A stretch of DNA of 63,903 bases, from assembly GCA_001938485.1 (NCBI GenBank), contig MQRK01209984.1, positions 1-63,903 of the forward strand, in the 5' to 3' direction. Shown in pieces: positions 27,030-38,835 of this stretch; within the stretch, counting starts at the first letter, position 1; each line of letters begins with the position of its first letter. The DNA is from Girardia tigrina (taxonomy: Eukaryota). The translations under genes and the position numbers were made by a program. Under the pieces are notes generated by a model that saw nothing but the letters and a program-made list of their open reading frames with translations, did not search any database and had not been told where the DNA came from.

Positions 27030-27365
27030 ACGTATTTCAACTTGAAATTTTGTCACAATTTCCTTCAAACTTTGCACACTTACTCATTCTCGATGACATT
27101 AAATGATTATGTGAAAATTTGATCGAGAAAAACTTTTTAAGGTCTCAGAATTGGGAAAAACGGAAAATCCGGAGTTCCAGAATAATATTAATTGAAAAAT
27201 ATCTACTTATAAATTATAAGTATTTTATATTAATTTTTTGTGTTTTTTTAATTAAAATTTTTTAAATGTTAACTTTTTTAATTTTTAAAAACTTTGTTGG
27301 TAAAGTAGAGTTCTGTCTGCATAAAGAATGGATATACAAATTCAATTTTTTGATTTACTAGTTTT
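27030..27365 (-). mobile_element. Helentron/HINE-like repeat, copy B
   Basis: Reverse complement of the repeat at 3064 and 42951 (gtagagttctgtctgcataaagaatggatata). Confidence 0.65.
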
Positions 27366-27533
27366 TAAAAGAAATAATCAAATAAAATAATAATTCTTAT
27401 TTTCTTAATTAAATAACATTTATCGTGATTATTTACTATGCGATGAAATAAACTCAATGAAATAGCACTATCGTTATTGTTTGAATTTTAAACTTATAAA
27501 ATGTAAATATTTATTCTGCTTTATTTTATTTAG

Positions 27534-27686
27534 GTGAGTTTCATAGACTTTATTGTCCATCCTTTGTGGGAAACCTGGTCAGAATTAGTTTATCCTGATA
27601 CACAAGGAATGCTCGAAGCTTTAGAAGAAAATAGACAATTTTACTATCTAAAATCCCAAGAAAAATCTTTACCTGCTGTTGTATAA
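27534..27686 (+). CDS. PDE4: PDE4-family phosphodiesterase, last coding exon with stop
   Basis: ttatttag|GTG. Encodes [50 protein letters not shown], in frame with the previous exon. Confidence 0.96.
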   Translation: MSFIDFIVHPLWETWSELVYPDTQGMLEALEENRQFYYLKSQEKSLPAVV

Positions 27687-27982
27687 ACAAGAGTAACTAT
27701 AAAATTTAATACACTTTTCAGAAATGTTTATTTATGAATACAAAAGAATATAAGTAATTATTTTTTAATTTTTGATCACATTTAATTTGCAATATGTATG
27801 AAAGGTCAAGACGCTTTTGTGTAAATTTCAAGGAAATTATTTGTCTTAAATATATATTTTTCTTTCATTAAAGATATTTTTTACCATTCTTATACCTGAA
27901 GTTGAGATCTTTACCACTCTCTTGGCTTATTTTTGGTGTATGTAACAGAATTTTACTAGAATTCGTCAAAAACATTTTTGTA

Positions 27983-29606
27983 CACTGTTTTTTGGTTATA
28001 AGCCAGAGGCCTAGTAAATTTTAAAAGTTGAATTTTCAGCTGGAAATTGCTTAGTAAAAAATACATACTTAATAAAAAACAATTTTTAAATTTTACTAAT
28101 TTTTATTTATCTTCATCATCATCGCTCACAAAATTAGCAGAATCTGCAAAGATGTCTTCTCTCGAATTTCGTCGTGACCTTCGTCGATCTCGATGAGCTC
28201 TTGAACTGAATATTCTTCTTCAGACGACTCGTCGTCACTTACTTCGCTAGCAGTATCCTCGCCATAGAAATCAATGTTCGTTTTTCTGAATTCATTCTTA
28301 ATTGCTGTTTCAGGAACTGCCTTCCATGCTTCGGAAATCCACTCGCAATCTCTTCATAAGTCGCTCGTTTCAACCTTCCTGATTTTGTTTATTCTTTATA
28401 GCCATTTATCATGCAATTTTCCCACAAAGTTCTAGAAGTTCTTTTAAATAAAATATCAAGAAGTTGAGCTTTCTTTTTGAGGCCGCCGGGGATTAATGAC
28501 AAAAGTGTTCCTTGTGAGAATGTTTTCTGTTTAACATCATCGGTCTTATGACCCGAAACTGAATCGAGGAGCAAAAGTGACTTTCGATGAAAAATTGCTA
28601 CATTTTTCTTCATCCAAACTTTTTGATGCCAGAGAAGCATTTTAGTAGCAGTGTTGACACCCTTTTCGTTAGATGATATGATGACACTTGATGCGAAATT
28701 TCCCTTTGGATCAGTTTTTCTTAAAAATTCACGTAAGCAGGCAACTTTTCACCATCAGCTGTGCAGGACAAAGTCAAGGTAAATCGACTCTTCTTGGCAC
28801 CTGTGGTCATATAGCAAACGTCTGAAGATCCTTTTTGCTCCACTGTGAATTTTGTGGGCATATCGAATGTAACTGAAACTTCATCAATGTTACCGATGTG
28901 TGCAAGCGGATAAACAACTTTGTGGCGAGAAACGAATTCGATGAATTTTGCAAGCTTTTTCTCCCAAAAGTCAAGAAGTTTCTAGCCAACCTAGCTCACT
29001 GCATGTAGCTCAAATCTGTTTCTCTTCATATAACTATGAATCCAAAAGGTCGAACCTTAAAAATTTTTCAACTGCCAATCAATCGCTCGAAAACGAGTAT
29101 CTCGCAAGATAGCACTGTCAGACACAGATAATCCATTTTTGCGCTGTTCCAAAATTCATTCTTTCAAATGGAGCTCATGTTTTGACAATTGTATTAGTCG
29201 TTCTCTCGTGACAACTAGAGCTTCTTTGTTGGTCTTACTCTCCATGGATCCACTTTGGTTTTCCAGCGAACAATTTCTGATGTGTTGACCCGAAAATACT
29301 TAGCTGCTTTCTCGATTGAAGATATCTGGATAAATTTCACAGCATCTAGTTTGAACTGAAGGGTATACGTTTTGCGCTTCTTATCTAACATGGTCACGTA
29401 CTTAAATTTTAATTTCATCAAATGATCAATATTTCAATAATATTAAATCAATCTCTATAATTTAAATGAAGTAAGTACGTTCAAAAATAGGAAAAAAAAT
29501 TTACAAAAGTCATGCTAGTAAAAAAACCTTAAAATTTTTTTGTATCAAAAATAATTACTAATCATCTGGCTTAGTAAGAAGTCCAGGCTTATGGCCAAAA
29601 ACAGGG
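27983..29606 (-). mobile_element. pogo-family DNA transposon with TIRs; transposase pseudogene
   Basis: TA|cactgttttttggttataagcc ... ggcttatggccaaaaacaggg|TA. Brinker-type DBD KRKTYTLQFKLDAVKF; DEVSVTFD; SCTADGEK; LLLLDSVSGHKTDDVK; LIPGGL..AQLLD. Confidence 0.88.
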
Positions 29607-29865
29607 TAACTTGATTTTTTCTCAATTTACAATATTGTATTTTACAAAAATAAGTTTCTCTAATTGCAAACTACAGGTTTTTGGTTTGGGATTCTGATAT
29701 ACATTATGAATTGACCCTTGAGAGGTAATGGAGTTAGACGTATCGATAGCGTTGCAGGAATTATATATTGCAGGAACTTATATTTCTTTTTATTCTGTAA
29801 AGAACTTTAATATCAAAAAAATCAGGAGGAACCGGGAGTTCGGCGAATGCTGTATTGATACAAAC

Positions 29866-32013
29866 CAATGGTTCTCAACCTGCGGCCCACAGATCACTTT
29901 CAAATTTCCTCAATATATTTTCAATAAATCCATTGTCCGTCTGGTTAATCGGTTCTTGATCAAAAGAAGATGTCATAACGCAAAACTTTATTTCTACCAC
30001 AATTTAAGTTTTTCTAAACAAATATTTTCGAGGAACTTTTGCACTTTCTTTTTACACAAACCATTATAAATAAGAATTGATATAAATATAAATATGGTTA
30101 TTGTATTTTTTACGAATTAAAATTCTATACTTTTTTAATAAAAAATTATAAAGCGAATTTATTAAAATTTTGTCACAATAATTTTGTTGCATCTATTATT
30201 AAATTTCAATTTTATAATTACATTTTAATTTACTTCGATTTAATTATGTAAAATAAAAGTTACAAAAAAAATAGTTTAATTTATTTTCATTTCGAAAATA
30301 AAATATTAAACTTTATTTTCCTTTTTATTTTATTTCAATTAAATATTTTCATCAAAATTGAAAATAACTTTTTTACTTTATAATAAATCTTTGCATAAAT
30401 CTTTTAATAAATCTACCGTAAAATTTATTTTATTTCTTACATAAATTAATTTTTACATTAAATTTCTGAAAATCTTATTTTAACATACCTATAACAATAT
30501 TTTACGGAATGTAATTGTTTAATTATTAATTTGATCAGATTGTAAATTCAAAATTTTTATGAATTCAACAACGCTCCCAACACTGGTCATACAAACATTT
30601 TTAATATTTACACGTAATAAAATAATTAATACTTATAATTTGTATCAGTATACACCTTAATAACATACTAAATTTTGACTAAAGTTAAACGATATTCAGC
30701 ATTTTTTCTTTAGCTTCCTCCGAATAAGAAATATTGGGTTGTTTGGAAAGTCATTTCGCTTTTTGTATTAAAGTAAAAGACAAATTTTTATGACGAATAA
30801 ATATAAACATAAATAAACATAAATAAATAAGCAGACAGACATTATGCTAATTCGCCACGCTTTAAAAGCTTTTGGTGAGTTACCAAACTTGTATGGAGTC
30901 TGGCATTATCTTGGTGAAACACTACACCTTTTCTGTTGATCAATTCTGGCCTTTTGTGTTTAAGGGATTCATTTAATCCAGCTGATGACAGTAGACGTCC
31001 GAATTGATCGTAGTTTTGTCTGGAAGAAGCTCATAAAATATGATTCCTTTGAAATTCCACCAAACAGATAGTATCACTTTTTTTTGATGAAAGTCAGCTT
31101 TCGAAGTGCTTTGAGCAGGTTGATCTTTTTTACTCCAAGATCTCTTGCGTTTTACATTATTGTAGACTACCCATTTCTCATCTCCAGTGACGATGCGCTT
31201 CAAAAATGGATCATTTTTTTTGACGTTTGAGAAGCATATCGCAGATGTCTAAACGACAGCATAAATTTCGTTCGGTAAGATTATGAGGAATCCATGTGTC
31301 AAGTTTTGATGTAAAACCTAGGCGCTTCAAATGATCATGGACGGTCAAATTAGATAAATGTAATGTCTGGGCAATTTCGCGAGTTGTTATTCGCCGGTTT
31401 GAATCAATTAATGCCTTTATTATGTCTTCGTCGGCCTCAATGGGCCTTCCGGAACGTGAAGAATCTTCAACATCAAAATTTCCTGATCTAAATTTTTTAA
31501 ACCAGTTTTGGCATTGGCGTTCTGACAACATATCTTCACCATACACTTTGAATAATTTTCTTCTTGCTTGTACAGCATTTTTACCTTTTCGGAAGTAAAA
31601 AAGTAACACATGCCGTAAATGCTGATTCTTGCTTTCCATCTTTGATAGGTCAAAAGTCAAATATAAATGTTTTAATTATTCCAAACTTTTCCAAATCTAA
31701 CCTGGATTACCAACTGCTAATATAAATAATATAGTCAATGATTATTAGTGATTATTAATATAAAAAATACATTTAAAACAAGTATTAAAAAAACGAAATG
31801 ACTTTCCGAACAACCCAATAATTAATAACATACTTTGCAATGCAACTGAAAGTGTAATAAGAGGTAATTACTCTAATAATCGAACAATTTAATCACATAT
31901 AAATAGACGGAATCAATTTATCATAGGGTTTGCTAGAATATAGTGACTTCCGGCCGAGATTTCAGGTCGGGTCATCAAGTGGCCCTAGGGTATACAAAGG
32001 TTGAGTACCACTG
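29866..32013. mobile_element. Non-autonomous hAT (Charlie/Buster-type) element carrying a nested mariner
   Basis: TIRs CAATGGTTCTCAACCT and AGGTTGAGTACCACTG. The 8-bp flanks atacaaac / atatagac match at 6 of 8 positions and resemble the NTCTAGAN target. Confidence 0.75.
30734..31818 (-). mobile_element. mariner (cecropia-like) with both TIRs and an internal 3' deletion
   Basis: TA|ttgggttgtttggaaagtcatttcg ... cgaaatgactttccgaacaacccaa|TA. MESKNQHLRHVLLFYFRKGKNA; WIPHNL; IVTGDEKW; FHQDNAR. The third-Asp (YSPDLAPSD) region is missing. Confidence 0.93.
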
Positions 32014-32069
32014 ATATAGACCGATGAAGATAATTCAATTCAATACAATATGAGGAAATATTTTATTAT

Positions 32070-32597
32070 TGTGAGGAATATTTTAAATTTGGTATGTTGA
32101 AATTTGTATGTTGAAATTTGTATGTTGAGTATTTGGAAATGTGTTTCTCCCACCCAGATGGAAAATTTATATTTTGGATGTTCACGATAAATAATTATTC
32201 GAGTATAATTTGCATTTTAAAGTACAGCATAAGATATTTAAAAAACTTTAAAAATATTAAATCGTTTCAAATTTTCATATTAAAAATGTAAATAAAGTAA
32301 ATATCTTTTAACTAAGTTTTAAATTAAATAAATGTTCTCTGTTTATATAAAATCATTTTTTAAATAAAATTAATATGTAGATAAAATTATTACTAAAATT
32401 ACAAAATTAGTACTTTAAAAATAAAATCTGAAAATAATGAAAATGTGTTCGAATAATTGTTTATTAAAAAACATTAACTAAAATTCATCAATTTAGAACG
32501 ATGTCGAATTACGAAAGCTTTCCTGAGAGTTGTCCAAAAGACAATTCTGACTGTATTGAAAATAAAAGTTCGAAAAGTCATGTTGGTGTTCTTAATA
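32070..32597 (+). mobile_element. Gypsy solo LTR (TGTGAGG family)
   Basis: TGTGAGGAATA...ctcccacccagatgga...GTTCTTAATA. Flanks ATTAT / GTTAT (4 of 5 TSD match). Confidence 0.85.
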
Positions 32598-34959
32598 GTT
32601 ATAATTGATAACATCTCAAGAAATCTCATTCTCGAAATAGGAAGTCATATCGTTTTGGTAAATTTTGAGAAATTATTTTATGTACCTCCGGCTGTTACAT
32701 GTTTAAACCATGCCTTAACATTAACCGAATTACGACAAAAAAAGCTTCCAGCAATTATTTGAAACTTTAATTTTTAATTTCAAAGTACTTTTGTAGTGTT
32801 CATAATCTTTCAGGGTTATATATACTCTCACTATGACTGATCGCAGAGCGATCCTTGCAGCGCGGTCGCTGAACTACATAGTCGGTGGTGATTATCTCAG
32901 TCGCGATGTAATTTTATATATTCCCACCGCTGGCTTATGGAGCATAGACTTAGATCTCTCCTGTCTAGCAAAAATTGTTCAAATCAACACATTTGATCCC
33001 AATGAGGACAGCTTCTCGTTCAATTGTATCTTTCAAAGGAAAGATTCCATAACTGATATCAGTTAATTTTAGAAATAAGATTGCCGAATTGTAGAAATTC
33101 GGTAATTGTAAATCTAAAATTTACATTACTGATAATTGGTAGGACCAATTGCAGGCTTTTGCAGTTCTTGATGAATGCATTCATGGTCGAAATCGGCGCC
33201 ATCAGAAAATCATGATTTTAACCCTTGATTTAGATTTGTATTCCTTTTTAAACCTGGATTGTTAATTTACCACATGTTTTCTTATGAGCTTTTGATGAGT
33301 CCTTATTAATTTTTTAATACAAATTTTGATTTTTCCCGATGAACTCGTTTTAATGAATTGCCCATTGAAATAATGTCAACAGTAAAATAAACTTTTACAA
33401 TATTTTTCAATTTTCAAATAACATTTTCTTCTGTAATTTACTGGTGATTTATTTAAACGATTCAATTTGCAATCTTAAATTTTTACTGGCCAATCTCTTT
33501 CACTTCGGTACTAACATACATACACCAATTTCTCTCTCCTCAATTCGGCTCGATACCGGCCAATCCCTAACACACCATATGGAGAGAAAATTACTCAATG
33601 AATCATGAACAAAAATTCATGTCTTTGTTCACTTTCAAACGAACAAAGACCATAAGAATTTTTTGTATGAATCTGTATGATTTTGTTATTAATATTGTTC
33701 AAATGAACAATATATTTAAATTTATGTTATTTTTTTATTAAATATTTAATGTAATTATTTAAGTAACCTATTTTTAAAGCATATCTGTATATACGTATTG
33801 TGAGAAGGTTCACTCTTAAAATTTTTGAAATAATTAATTTCTATAAATAATTTCTAAAATAAGATAATATCAAAAATCAAAAGTTTTTCTAAAGAATTAT
33901 AATTAAAAATATCTTTAATTAATTTTAAAAAGTTATTTTTAAGAATAATTTATTTGTATTTATAAAAATTTCAGTTGGAATGAATTGTTAAATAATTAAT
34001 TTTTAAAATAATTGATATAAATATACATAAGCCAAGGGAAATTATATGTTTTACATTAATTTTAAAAGTTATTCTCAAACAATAAATTAATAAATTTTTG
34101 ATTGATAGAAATTTAGTTTTTAAAAACATAATTTTTGAATATTAAAGTTGTTGAAAATTTTGTAAATTAATAATTTTATAAATAATTAAATTTTTAAACA
34201 GCTTTTTAAAAATAAAACAACGATTAAGAATTTATAATAAATTTTAGAGTATAACAAATTCAAATATTCTAAATTATTTTTCTTGTATTTAAAGTATATA
34301 AATATTAACTGGGTTTTAAATTAAATATTGAAATAAAAAACGATTAAATCAATAGAAATCGTTATATATTAGCTAAAATACGTTTTAAAAAGGATGTACA
34401 ATAAAAAATTAAATTGTGTAGATTTTATAATGTATTTTAAAGAAATTTTATAAAATATGAAAAATTTAATGTAATCAAAAAAATAATAAATTCAATTTTA
34501 AATTAACGATTTAATAAATAACTTATCAGATTTATAATCCAGTATTTTTATGTATAATTAATCTGTTCAAAAGAAAACAAAAGAAAAGTTCCTCAAGAAA
34601 AATTGTTTAAATAATTGTTTTTGTTAGAGAAATAAAATTTTGTGTTGATGAATTCTAATATTGATCAAGAACCCAACACACCCTATATATATATATATAT
34701 ATGAACACAAGCAAGGCAATGCAATAAAGTTTTTCAGAGAGTTTCATTTGAAAATTCAAATGTTCTCAAGTTCTCTATCTTCTTTTCTCTTTTCATATTT
34801 GAATTTGAGCGAGGATGAGAAATATAATCGAAATATAAATAGTAATTACTCATATGAATAATAATTTGAAATTTAAATTCCGAAAAATTATTATTTGAAA
34901 GATATTTTATTGAAATGTTGTATGTGTTTTATAAAAAAAAGAAAACAGGGAGTATAATT

Positions 34960-35600
34960 ATGTAATGAAATATTTATACAGCCTACCCAAAATTAAAGAT
35001 GACTTTTACATTGTTTTGTGGAAACTCTGCTCAGTCATTTATTACCGTCAAGTTATGGGCAACTGAATTTAAACGTGGAAAAACCAGCTTATTTGAAGAT
35101 AAGCCCGACAGTCGGCAAAATTTGTAGCCACTGATAATAATACTGCTCAAGAACACCAAATTATTCTTGATAATCTTTAAAGATTAAAGCTTTTGCAGAT
35201 TCAATGAACATGTTCAAAAAGATTGTTTCTAGGATATTAAATCAAGATTTGGGCAAATTTAGTTTGACAGAAGTTTGAATGAGATTATGAGTGTTTTTTT
35301 ACAATAAATTGAAACATCAAGTACGGTGATGTTGGTAGATACTTATAGCTGAAAGGAAATACCACCTATAGGAAGTAAATATGAGTTTGAAACGGAACAA
35401 TATCTGGCTATCACGTGTTCTCACTTTGAATCAAAAATATATTCGGGTGAATTTAGTCGTTACTTAATTACTATAGATAAAAATTGAATTCACCATGCTA
35501 CTCCATACAGTGGTTGTCAAAGGTAGAAAAAGAATCAAAAGAGTCAAAGCTGTTAATTATGAGCAAGGTTATTTAAACTGTTTTTAGGATAGCTGTTTGA
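34960..35600 (+). pseudogene. Highly decayed mariner transposase
   Basis: Around 35040 reads ITVKLWATEFKRGKTSLFEDK; the rest is fragmentary. Confidence 0.5.
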
Positions 35601-36347
35601 TCTGCCCTGGTAGTGGCCGATATACATTTATGCAGTTTTTTGTGGTCAGGATAGGCAAAAGAAAAATGGAATCCTTTTAGTTTTTGTCCTTATAAAAGTT
35701 TAAAAAATAAAAGAAGCATTAGAAAGAAAAGAAAATTCAGTATCACTCATTTTCAGTCTATTATTACAAGAAGAGTCAAGTCGAAAAGAAGAATTTGGCA
35801 GTCGAGTTATCAAAATAAGTTAAAAATTGAAATAAAAAATGTGCAAAAATTGAGTTTATTTAGAGAATCCACAGTGAAGCCTTTGTAATTGTAATTACTC
35901 AGAATTTTTCTTAAAAATGAATGTCAACGTTGTTAGTGGCATTAATACCACTTTCATTATATATCGATTGGAATTTCATTTTTCAACGCCAAATTTTTAT
36001 TAATATCGCAACTAAATTTTCGTTAATTAAGATTTGTATTTCGCACCATCTTTAATTAGTTACTTAATAAATTTAATCACTTTAATTTTTTTTGAAATTT
36101 TTATTTAATCAAGCTGTTTATTACTTTTAAAATAAAGTATAGTAAACATCAATTAATACATGCCCTTTATAGAAATCTAATTAATTTGTAACAACTATTT
36201 AATCTAAAATTATTTTTAAAATTTATTTCTAAAATAAATTACACCTAAAATTAATTAATTCCATTTCTATAAAAAATCTAATTAATGTGTAAAAAACAAT
36301 TTAACTTAAGTAGGGGGAAAATTAATGTTCTCCCTCAATGGATAATT

Positions 36348-36600
36348 GACCCCCCGGGGGGGTAGCCCGTTGCCATGGCAACGGGTCAGGTTACCTTAGC
36401 AACGGTTACGATTGGTCCCCGGTACCTTGGGAACGCTTCTGATTGGTTCCGGGTTTCTTAGCAACGGTTCAGTTCCCATGGCAACGGTAACCAAGGGCGT
36501 TTTTCATTAGCAACAGATACAGTGATTCAAGGCGGTTGTAACCATGGTAACGGTTACCGTATCCATAGCAACCGTGACCCTATCAATAGGGACCGTAGAA
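36348..36600. repeat. Cluster of RFX X-box-like palindromes with CCAAT boxes
   Basis: CCCGTTGCCATGGCAACGGG (perfect 20-bp palindrome, 36366-36385), GTTACCTTAGCAAC, GTTTCTTAGCAAC, GTTCCCATGGCAAC, GTAACCATGGTAAC, GTATCCATAGCAAC; two GATTGG. Confidence 0.8.
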
Positions 36601-37326
36601 AAAAGTGCTAATCGATCACTGCACTGCGCCCAGAGGTGCTAATCGATATTTTTAAAGTGCTAATCGATAGTACACATTGTGCCGCAAATTTATAAGTGCT
36701 TTTTAAGTTGCACTTGTGCAAAAGTGCAAAAATCAATACATTTTTTTTAAAAGTACTAGTGTCAAAAATCGATATCATGTGTTTGATGCACATTTTCATT
36801 TTCTATCTGAATGTGCAATTAGAATCTTCATATATTGAATAATTTTCCCTATAATAAACATAATGTGTAAATTTACACAAAGTGTACATCGATTTTAGAT
36901 GCACAAGGAAGCAGAATATCAAAAAAGTGCTGATGCACTTGAATAGTAACCCATATACGTACATTCAGATTCTACATCACAATTTTCATAAAAGTGCTGA
37001 TAAATCATTTTTTTTGAACATTTCTGAAATTCTCAAAAAAGTGCTCAAAAATCTATTTTTTCGTATATATCTGAAACCCATATGATATATGTATGCTGTT
37101 TACCATCAAACAATACCTCATGAATCACCCAATCTACCTCATATCTCAATCACAAGTAACATGGTTACCGTAACCAAGATAAATAACCTTTTATTTTACA
37201 TGTAAAAACGACATGTAAAAACTCATATTGTACTTAAAACGGTTACCGTTATACATAACATGTACATGATCTGCTAAAGTACATACATTTATTAAATTTT
37301 ATTAAATTTATTTATTAAATTTAAAT

Positions 37327-38782
37327 TCAGACATTTATCGTGTTCTCTTTTGTTTTTGCCGTATATGTTTTATACTTTTGGCATGATTCACAACTACGTA
37401 CAATCTCTTTGATCTTACCTTTCAACTTGTCAAAATCCTTAGAGTCTTTTAAATAATACTCAACTTTTCTTGCACCCGCGTGTGCCAACATCTGATGGGT
37501 TTCCCAGATAATATATTTGAGTGACTTTGTGGTTTCATCTTTTGATACAACATCCATTGCACGTGTCTTGATATTTTTCTTTCTTTGCATTCTCGTGTTG
37601 CATCAAACATTAAGTACACGTATCACAATTCATCCTTGACAGCATATCAGCATTCGTGTGCGAAGATCCTTTTCGAAATTCTAACTTCATATCCAGGCTA
37701 ATCAGATAGTTAATCCACATTTGAAACTGCGATGTAATTGGCTTCTTAATGTTCAGCATAAACGTAATGGCTTTATGGTCGGTACGCAAAATAAACCGTT
37801 TACCATACAGAAAATGTCTAAAATGGTTACAAAAATAATACATGGCAAGCAGTTCTTTTCTTGTAACACAATAGCCCTTCTCGTGACTATTCATTGATCG
37901 CGATCCATAAGCTACAACTCTTTCCTTTCCTTGATCGTCCTTCTGGGCTAACATGGCTCGAATGGTGTCGAAACTAGCATCCGTATCTAAAATAAAATCT
38001 CTTTTCATGTCAGGAAAACACAATACCGGGCTTGTCATTAATGCATTTTTCATCTCTTCGAATGCTAACTCTATCTCGCTTGTCCAATTCAGTTTTTTAT
38101 TGTTATTTTACCCGCATAATTGTTCTAATACTCTAGCTTTCTTTGCATACTCTTTTATAAATCGTCGATAATAATTACAAATGCCCAAAAAACTGCGTAA
38201 GTTTTTAACAAACTTTGGTTTCCCAAACGTTCTAATTACTTCAATCTTGAACAGGTCCGTTTTTACACCCTCCTCCTTAACTATATGTCCTCGGAATTTT
38301 ATTTCCCGTTTCAACAATTGACATTTTTCTGGGTTCACCCGCAATGCTGCTTTCTAATATTGTCTAAAACTTGATTCAAAACAATATAGTGTTGCTCACG
38401 ATCTTTTGTGTAAACCAAGATATCATCTAAGTATACAGTGGCACCCTTGATTCCCCCGACTACCTTTGGCATCATCTCTTGGAAAGTTCCCGGTGCAACC
38501 GCTATACCAAACGGCATACGAGTAAAACAATACTGTCCTTGCTTTGTAGAAAAGGCCGTTTTCTCTTGAGATTCTTCGTCCAGCTCAACCTGATAATAAG
38601 CATTTCCAAGATCAATCGAGCTAAAATACTTTGCACCTCCTAAAGCATCCAACATCTCATCAACATCGGGCATCGGAAAAGCTTGTCTCTCCGTTATTGC
38701 ATTTAAACGCCTAAAATCCAAACAGATACGAATATCTTTCTTCTCTTTTTTCCACACACAAATTAATGGTGTGTTCCAAGGA
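37327..38782 (-). mobile_element. Ty3/Gypsy pol fragment (RT, RNase H, integrase zinc finger), same family as 11345-13107
   Basis: PWNTPLICVWKK; CLDFRRLN; SIDLGNAYYQ; RMPFG; YLDD; DTDASF; RTDHKAITFM..KPITSQFQ.WIN; HQMLAHAG...CESCQK. Confidence 0.93.
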
Positions 38783-38835
38783 TTATATATATATATGTGT
38801 GTTCCATATAGATTATATACAATTTTGGGATTTTC

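Noticed and set aside
36348-36600. CRISPR-like array
   Set aside because: Eukaryotic context, degenerate palindromes with irregular short spacing, no cas genes.
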